From contig JBKAGE010000035.1 in NCBI GenBank assembly GCA_046290225.1, forward strand, positions 256,001 through 320,000: a DNA stretch of 64,000 nt, read 5' to 3'. The position numbers and the translations under genes are program-made. This DNA comes from Bradymonadia bacterium. GTDB taxonomy: Bacteria; Myxococcota_A; Bradymonadia; UBA7976; UBA1532. Below, piece after piece: positions 56,418-64,000 of this stretch. The notes beneath the pieces are model-generated. The model was not told the DNA's origin, searched no databases, and was given only the letters and a program-made list of their open reading frames with translations. Position 1 is the first letter of the stretch, and the number at the start of each line of letters is the position of its first letter.

Positions 56418-59400
56418 CTATTCCGGACAGGCTGCTGGTGCTACGGCCTCAGGGCATTGACCGGACAAGCCCCATGGTGATCCTTGTCGCACGTCATCGA
56501 CGTACCAAGTCGGGCCCACATGGCCTGGCTCGATCATGCACACAGCCTGAGGATCAGGCTGCGGTTGCGCGCAGCTGCCAGGATCATCAGCAAGCACGAT
56601 TCGGGGAGAGCCCTCGGCGAGTGCGAGGCTACACAACCCACCGACGAGTTCGTCTCCTGCCAACTCCCCGACAGGATCAGCTTCGAGCGCGATGTCGCCA
56701 TACAGACTGTCAGAGATCGCCAGGGTGCCTTCAGGCCCCTCGGTGAAGACGCCAGTACCCTCATAGGCTAGGCTGTTCGAAATCTGCACGATGCTCCCTA
56801 CATCGACCACCCGAACAGCAGCGCCAGGGATGGCGGGTGGATCGACCAGACCCAGAGGGTTGCTCCACCCTTCCATCGCGAGACACGTCTCGTGTACCCG
56901 AGAGTTTCCATCCAAGCGAGCGACGGTGAGGTGACTGATCTGGTGCAAGCCCTGACCTGATACTTCGACGCCCACAGCGTCTCGGCCGCTGAGCGACTGA
57001 ATCAGCACATGATCAAACCTCGCCCCCGAGTTGTCGAGTTGGATGCCCACAGCACGACCGTCGACACCACCACACATCGCACGGGCAGGATGCGCAGGTG
57101 AGCCCACGCCACCTTGTACACCGCTGACGAGCACCTGCTCGAAAATCACATTGGGGCTGGACTCCACCCATATCCCGACCCCATCTGCGCCATGGCTTCT
57201 GTTCGTTGGCTGGTCGATCGGCCGACCGGCCTCACCACCCACGATGTTGAACACACGGCTCCGACGTACGATGGCCCCAGGAGAATCGTGGATGCGTATC
57301 CCCACGCCAGGATCTCCCGGTGTCGGGTATCCATCGATGCCTGGACCATTCACGCCCACAGCACCCTGAATGCCACCGATCTCCGCATCAGAGATGATCA
57401 CGCCAGGGCACTCGACGACCACGAGCTTGCCCACGTTGGTGGTGTCGGCGCGGGTCACGGCGACAGGGGCCATGATCTCTTCGCCCTGGGCACCATCACA
57501 ATGTCGGTAGAAGACAGGCTCGCACTCGATGAAGTTGGGTAGAGCGAGGTCGAAGGCGTTGTATCGAGTGAAGTCTTCGAAATACACGCCGAAGGCCGTG
57601 CCATTGGCTGATGCTTCGTCTGGATCCGTCCACGGGAAGGCGTTACCGGACCGAATGCCCACGGCGCCGCCTTCTCCTGGATTCACCGACTCGAAGGCGT
57701 TGTCGACCACGACGTTGTTGATCGCGTCGGCCGACAAGCGAATGCCCATGGCATGACCCCCACGGCCGGCATTGCTCGAGGCGTGCATGTCGCCCCCAGG
57801 GCCACCGTTGAGCCCCTGACCGCGGTTGCCGGAGATGCGGCCGCTCGAAGCATCTCCCAGCGCCATGGCGACCGCCTCACCGCCCACTCCAGCATGGGTA
57901 ACTTGTACGAGCCCACTCGGATACAGTCCACCCAGGCCAGCAGTCAGCTCCGAGATTTGATTGTTCTCGAGAACGAAGTCTCGCGCGGCGGCAATGTCCA
58001 AGCCCACGACATCGCCCCCCGTGTTGCCGTAGAAAATCCCGTCGGTGTATCCGTGCACGCGGTTGGACCGAATCGTGTTCCCAGTGCCCCCTCGCAGAGC
58101 CGTGATGGTCACTTCACGGATCGAAACCCCCCTGGGCAGCGCCGCACCTTCCCTGGGGCCGACGAGTACACCTCTCACCCGCTCCGCGGGATCGAACTCC
58201 ACTCTTTGGTCTGCAACGGGTACTTGGAGGTCTTTGAACAAATAGCCACATCGACCCTCAAGGTTGCTCACAGTGGTGTTGTGCAGGGCACATTGCTCAC
58301 CACACGACATCCACACTCCGGTGTGACACAGGTCACTGGCATTGATGGTGGATTCTTCCACCCGAGCGAAATCACCGGCGATCTCGACGATGGCGTCGGT
58401 GCACCGGTGAGCAAAATGCCGGCAAGCCTCCCCACCCTCTTCCTCTTCTTCACCAGGGAACACACTCACCCTCAACCCCCTCATGGCCGCAAAACGGCCC
58501 GCGAGAATGACGCTGGGCCCTTCGGAGGAGGTCGGCACGCTCACAGGCGCATCTTCACCCTCGATGCGTGTGAGGGCCGGCACCTCAAGCGTCTCAGTCT
58601 CGATTGAGGGGTTGAGGACCACGACTCGACGGGCCTCCCCCGGCTGAGGGTTGGCGCTGATGAAGGTCAGAGCTGCAGAGATGGTGACAAACGGGCGCAG
58701 AGCCGAGCCGTCGGCCTCACCATCGAAGTTGGCGAATCTGTCCACATAGAAGGGGGCGACGTTGGCCCACTCCACTTCGCAGCCATCGTTGGCGACGCCG
58801 TTGGCGTCGATGAAGCCAGGGGCACACTCGGTGAGGGTACAGACCTGCTCGACACACTCGGTGGTGGCGTTGGCGCCAGCACACGGGGTGTTGCACGCGC
58901 CGCAATGCTCGGCGCTGCTCAGCACACCCTCGTCAGTGTTGCCATCGCAGTCGTTATCAGCCTCGTCGCACACTTCGGGCTCGGGGCTGCCTGGGGTGAC
59001 CTCGCACTGCTCGGTCCCATTGGGCGAGCACACATAGGCACCTTCGGCTTCACATGCACCAATGCCCCCAAAGCATGGCTCTCCGATGCGGAAGCCCTCG
59101 TCGATCTCACCATCACAGTCATCGTCTCGGCCCGTGCCGCACAGCTCCGCCTCTCCTGGTGGTGCGGGTGTGGCATTGCACTCGAGGTCACTGCCGTCGA
59201 GGGTGCACACGAACTGGCCCCCACGCCGACACTCACCCACACCCAACTGACACACGGCACCCAAATCGGGGAACCGCTCGTCGAGCTGGCCATCGCAATC
59301 TTCGTCGATGCCGGTACCACACAGCTCAACCGCAACCTCGCCCGGCTCGGCATCACAGAAGGTGCCGTCGCGCGCAACGTTGCACACGTTGACCCCTACC

Positions 59401-60353
59401 CGAAGGCAAGCGCCCTGGCCCACATCGCATGCCTCACCCAGATCCTCGAAAGCCTCGTCGGTCTCACCATCACAGTCGTTATCGTTCCCATCACACAGCT
59501 CATCAGCTGGCTCGCCTGGGGTCGCGTCGCAGACCAGGCCACCATCACCACACACCCGAGCCCCGTTGGCAGCGCACTGCCCCACGCCCTCGCTGCACGG
59601 CTCACCGAGCCCCTCGACATTGTCGATGTTGCCGTCACAGTCATCATCGACGTCATTGCAGAACTCGACGCCAGGTGCTCCGGCTTCTGCATCACATTGG
59701 GTGCCTACACCATCGTCAGTGCAGACAATCATGCCTTCGACTGCACATGCCCCCACACCTTCGGTGCAGGCTTCACCCAGGCCGTCGAACGTCTCGTCGG
59801 CATTGCCATCGCAATCGTCATCGATGCCATTGCACACCTCTTCGGCAGGCTCGCCGAGCTCGGCATCACACACGCGACCTTCTGGTGTACATGCCCACGT
59901 ACCATCTGCTGCACAGATGCCCTCACCCGCTCTGCAGGCTTCTCCGAGGCCTTCGACGTTGTCAGCAGTGCCATCGCAATCGTCATCGACCCCGTTGCAC
60001 ACCTCTTCAGAGGGCACACATGGCGGCTCTGTCTCAGACCCATCAACAGCCATGTCTTCTGGCTCAGGGCCAGCATCACGCTCTGGATCTACAAGGCGCA
60101 TATCGACTGCGGCGTCGACATCTGGCGACATGTCTTCCCCATCGGGGATCACACGGTCGGGTAAGCCATCATCTCGCATCTCGTCGGGCAGATTCTCGGC
60201 GTCCGGGCCACTCAATGGCGCAACACACCTGTTCGAGACACACACCTTGCCTCCACCTGCGCAGTCTTCGTCGACATCACAGCTGAGCGGCTCAGCAAAG
60301 TCACACCCAGTGCTCGAAAGCATGAGGGCCATCAAGAGCGTGTATTTCTTCAC
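56418..60353 (-). CDS. Large surface lipoprotein with seven C-x-G-x-D-(D/N/E)-DCDG-type repeats and a probable beta-helix region
   Basis: GTG overlapping the upstream stop; lipobox STGC; ~58-aa Cys-rich repeats; YVD...DGSALRPFVTISAAL (DUF1565-like) followed by Gly-rich beta repeats. Confidence 0.85.
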   Translation of the reverse strand: MKKYTLLMALMLSSTGCDFAEPLSCDVDEDCAGGGKVCVSNRCVAPLSGPDAENLPDEMRDDGLPDRVIPDGEDMSPDVDAAVDMRLVDPERDAGPEPEDMAVDGSETEPPCVPSEEVCNGVDDDCDGTADNVEGLGEACRAGEGICAADGTWACTPEGRVCDAELGEPAEEVCNGIDDDCDGNADETFDGLGEACTEGVGACAVEGMIVCTDDGVGTQCDAEAGAPGVEFCNDVDDDCDGNIDNVEGLGEPCSEGVGQCAANGARVCGDGGLVCDATPGEPADELCDGNDNDCDGETDEAFEDLGEACDVGQGACLRVGVNVCNVARDGTFCDAEPGEVAVELCGTGIDEDCDGQLDERFPDLGAVCQLGVGECRRGGQFVCTLDGSDLECNATPAPPGEAELCGTGRDDDCDGEIDEGFRIGEPCFGGIGACEAEGAYVCSPNGTEQCEVTPGSPEPEVCDEADNDCDGNTDEGVLSSAEHCGACNTPCAGANATTECVEQVCTLTECAPGFIDANGVANDGCEVEWANVAPFYVDRFANFDGEADGSALRPFVTISAALTFISANPQPGEARRVVVLNPSIETETLEVPALTRIEGEDAPVSVPTSSEGPSVILAGRFAAMRGLRVSVFPGEEEEEGGEACRHFAHRCTDAIVEIAGDFARVEESTINASDLCHTGVWMSCGEQCALHNTTVSNLEGRCGYLFKDLQVPVADQRVEFDPAERVRGVLVGPREGAALPRGVSIREVTITALRGGTGNTIRSNRVHGYTDGIFYGNTGGDVVGLDIAAARDFVLENNQISELTAGLGGLYPSGLVQVTHAGVGGEAVAMALGDASSGRISGNRGQGLNGGPGGDMHASSNAGRGGHAMGIRLSADAINNVVVDNAFESVNPGEGGAVGIRSGNAFPWTDPDEASANGTAFGVYFEDFTRYNAFDLALPNFIECEPVFYRHCDGAQGEEIMAPVAVTRADTTNVGKLVVVECPGVIISDAEIGGIQGAVGVNGPGIDGYPTPGDPGVGIRIHDSPGAIVRRSRVFNIVGGEAGRPIDQPTNRSHGADGVGIWVESSPNVIFEQVLVSGVQGGVGSPAHPARAMCGGVDGRAVGIQLDNSGARFDHVLIQSLSGRDAVGVEVSGQGLHQISHLTVARLDGNSRVHETCLAMEGWSNPLGLVDPPAIPGAAVRVVDVGSIVQISNSLAYEGTGVFTEGPEGTLAISDSLYGDIALEADPVGELAGDELVGGLCSLALAEGSPRIVLADDPGSCAQPQPDPQAVCMIEPGHVGPTWYVDDVRQGSPWGLSGQCPEAVAPAACPE

Positions 60354-61315
60354 CAGCGCACCTCCAGGGTGGTCATGCCAGGACCTGGGTTGAGCGACAC
60401 CGAAGCCCCCGAATCGTCTTCCCACATCAGCCAGGCCGCCCCCGCAGCAGTGAGCACCGCTCCAGCGCCCAAGCTGAGCCACATGGCGGTGCTGGCGTTG
60501 TCGAAATCACCTTCGAGACGGTCGTACTGCTCGGTCTCATGGGGCTCGAGTGCCTCTGCATCTGACTTTGCCCCCGAGGCCTGCACGGCGAACCATACGC
60601 CAGCGCCCAGGGCCAGCACCCCAGCGCCCATGGTGATCCATGGTCCAACCTCAGACCCCCCAGTGGCTGGGGGCATCTCGATTTTCTCGGGATCCACCTT
60701 CACGACAGGTTGCTCAGCCTGCTTGGGTGCCTGCTTCACCACCTGCTTGATGACAGGCTTCAATGCCACGTCGACTGTTTGAGGCGGGCCAGCGAAGGGC
60801 ACCTTCAGTTCGATGCGCGCACTCTCGTGACCTTTGAGGGTGACAAGCACCGTGTACTCGCCAGGCAACCAACTCTTCTTCAGTGGGGATTGCCCCAATG
60901 CCTCGTCGCCGACTTGCAGGGCTGCACCTGCAGGTGACGTCGTGATACGCACTGGAATCTCGCACTCCTTCTCGATGCGCTGCATCCGCTTCACCACGAA
61001 GTCTGCCACCCCGCAGTCGAAGCGCTCGCACGCCACTCGATATGACCGGATCGCCGTCAGCGCTTCGTCACAAGCCCTCAACTCGTGCTGCGCGAAGGAG
61101 ATCCCCACCAACGGCTCCGGATCTGCGGCGCATGCAACCCGAGCCGCTTCGTAGCTCTTCAGCGCTGCTTCATGATCCCCCGCCCGGTAGTGATCGTTGC
61201 CTTGCCTGATGTGCTCGCCAAAGGCGCGTGGACACTCTGCTGGTGCCCCGCGCACCGGTGAGCCAAGGCACATGACAGCGGCCATGGCCCCGATGCAGAT
61301 CATCGACCTGTTCAT
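60350..61315 (-). CDS. TPR plus PEGA domain protein with C-terminal hydrophobic segments
   Basis: Signal peptide, TPR-like GNDHYRAGDHEAALKSYEAA, PEGA ITTSPAGAALQV...GQSPL...PGEYTV. Confidence 0.85.
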   Translation of the reverse strand: MNRSMICIGAMAAVMCLGSPVRGAPAECPRAFGEHIRQGNDHYRAGDHEAALKSYEAARVACAADPEPLVGISFAQHELRACDEALTAIRSYRVACERFDCGVADFVVKRMQRIEKECEIPVRITTSPAGAALQVGDEALGQSPLKKSWLPGEYTVLVTLKGHESARIELKVPFAGPPQTVDVALKPVIKQVVKQAPKQAEQPVVKVDPEKIEMPPATGGSEVGPWITMGAGVLALGAGVWFAVQASGAKSDAEALEPHETEQYDRLEGDFDNASTAMWLSLGAGAVLTAAGAAWLMWEDDSGASVSLNPGPGMTTLEVRW

Positions 61316-61487
61316 GAGCAGCCTCCCCCAGAATCCTGAAAACAAAGACATTTTAGGTATAAACGGCGTCATACTTGTGATTTGGGATGCGTAAATGCAA
61401 CCACTTTCCCGACAGACTCTGCTCACACCACATCAGACATTCAGATATGTTCGCGCTCTCGAAATCAGATGTTGAAGCGGCCTGCGG

Positions 61488-62942
<1,455 letters not shown>

Positions 62943-62954
62943 AGCGCATAGCTG

Positions 62955-64000
62955 TCACTCAGTGCAGTGATCGGGGCCCTGCTTCTGAGTGCAGCCGTTG
63001 GCGCAGCGGTGCAGTTGTAGATCACCATCTTTGCAGCGGCCCATGATCCGTGGCTCTCGGGTACAGGTCCACTGGGTGTAGGGCTGCCAGTTCTGCGGGC
63101 ACCGCCCCCACACCTCGGCTTCACCGTCTTCAGCACAGATGTCGTCTTCGCCGCGCGCCATGACCCGACACCCGGCCTGGCAGGCCACCCATTGGGGCGC
63201 CTGGCCCTCGGTGCAGAGGTGCTTGTAGCGGCCGCTCACCGTGCAAGTCCATTGGGCAAAGACCTGACGATCCGTCCCGCAGACCTCTTGCTGAGGATCT
63301 TCTGCCCGAGGCTTGTCCTCCTGCTCGGGTTGATCGTTCTCGGGCTGATCTTGCTCAGGTTGATCACCCTCTGGCTGGTCTTGCTCAGGCTGATCCTGCT
63401 CAGGTTGGTCCTGTTCGGGCTGGTCCTGTTCGGGTTGATCGCCCTCTGGCCGATCGTCTTCTGGACGCTCCTCTTGATCGGAGAGATCACCCAACGGCGG
63501 ATCGTCCTCGGGTCGATCTTCTTGAGGCCCACTGTTGATCTCGGGGATATCCCCCGAACTCCAGGCGACAACCTGCGCCCTCACCTCGGCGTAGTATGTG
63601 GGTACGTGACCGAAGATGTCGGTGCCGAACCGATCGCGGTAGTAGCCGCTGTTGATGCGCAGTATGGCGCCGGTGGTCTCGTCGAAGACCGGACCACCAG
63701 AATCACCGGGACACAGGTGGTTGGTGGCTTCACCCTGGGTGAAATCGGCTTTGCGCTTCTGCCAGTCGGTGCTGTAGCCCCGCTCAGTGCATCCATAGCC
63801 CCACACTGAGAGCGCGGTCCCTTCGGTGGGGGTCTCAGGCGCCAGAGGCCTCGGTGTGGCCAGGGTCTCGGGCACGACGCTGCCGAGCTTCAGCAGCGCG
63901 ATGTCACCAGATCCAAGCTGCCGGCTGAACGATTTGTACTCAGTGACGGTGAACGACTGGCGATCCTGCCCTGCAGGACGCACCCGGAAGCTGCCATAGT
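62955..64000 (-). CDS. Trypsin-like S1 serine protease, 5' end outside the window, with two Cys-rich C-terminal repeats
   Basis: DIALLKL, WGYG, CPGDSGGP; the catalytic His would lie beyond the window edge. Confidence 0.85.
   Translation of the reverse strand, partial: YGSFRVRPAGQDRQSFTVTEYKSFSRQLGSGDIALLKLGSVVPETLATPRPLAPETPTEGTALSVWGYGCTERGYSTDWQKRKADFTQGEATNHLCPGDSGGPVFDETTGAILRINSGYYRDRFGTDIFGHVPTYYAEVRAQVVAWSSGDIPEINSGPQEDRPEDDPPLGDLSDQEERPEDDRPEGDQPEQDQPEQDQPEQDQPEQDQPEGDQPEQDQPENDQPEQEDKPRAEDPQQEVCGTDRQVFAQWTCTVSGRYKHLCTEGQAPQWVACQAGCRVMARGEDDICAEDGEAEVWGRCPQNWQPYTQWTCTREPRIMGRCKDGDLQLHRCANGCTQKQGPDHCTE
63321..63480 (-). repeat. 15-bp coding tandem repeat encoding (Q/E)DQPE units
   Basis: RPEDD RPEGD QPEQD QPEQD... 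in the protease linker, with synonymous variation between units. Confidence 0.85.

Overview
High-GC bacterial chromosomal segment with a Myxococcota/deltaproteobacterial gene style (Ser/Thr kinases, PEGA/TPR protein, CxGxDDDCDG-repeat lipoprotein, TonB-C-fused receptor); taxonomy is inferred from gene style only. The first ~23 kb is a lipid/glycan region: GT4, extended SDR, fatty acyl-AMP ligase, ACP and a 2170-aa PKS (KS-AT-ACP-KR-DH fused to a PLP alpha-oxoamine synthase), then glycosyltransferases, a Wzx-type flippase and rmlBAC...rmlD. The best candidate for an undescribed system is this operon, whose chemistry fits PKS-based synthesis of a sphingoid-like, possibly glycosylated, amino-lipid. 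The second is an operon encoding an Omp85 barrel, a lipoprotein with atypical-kinase motifs and a metallophosphoesterase lipoprotein. Non-coding signals: tandem TGGAGTA-N4-TACTCCA palindromes upstream of the lipid operon, a 4x16-bp repeat before the PKS start, two inverted ~235-bp structured elements with compensatory changes between argJ and rlmH, and an aberrant tRNA-Pro(UGG)-like gene. The rest is housekeeping or signalling (argJ, rlmH, rsfS, proA, larBC, comEC, GGDEF/EAL, ppx, Fur family) plus surface proteins. No CRISPR array, rRNA or transposase was seen. All assignments come from motif reading; no database searches were run.
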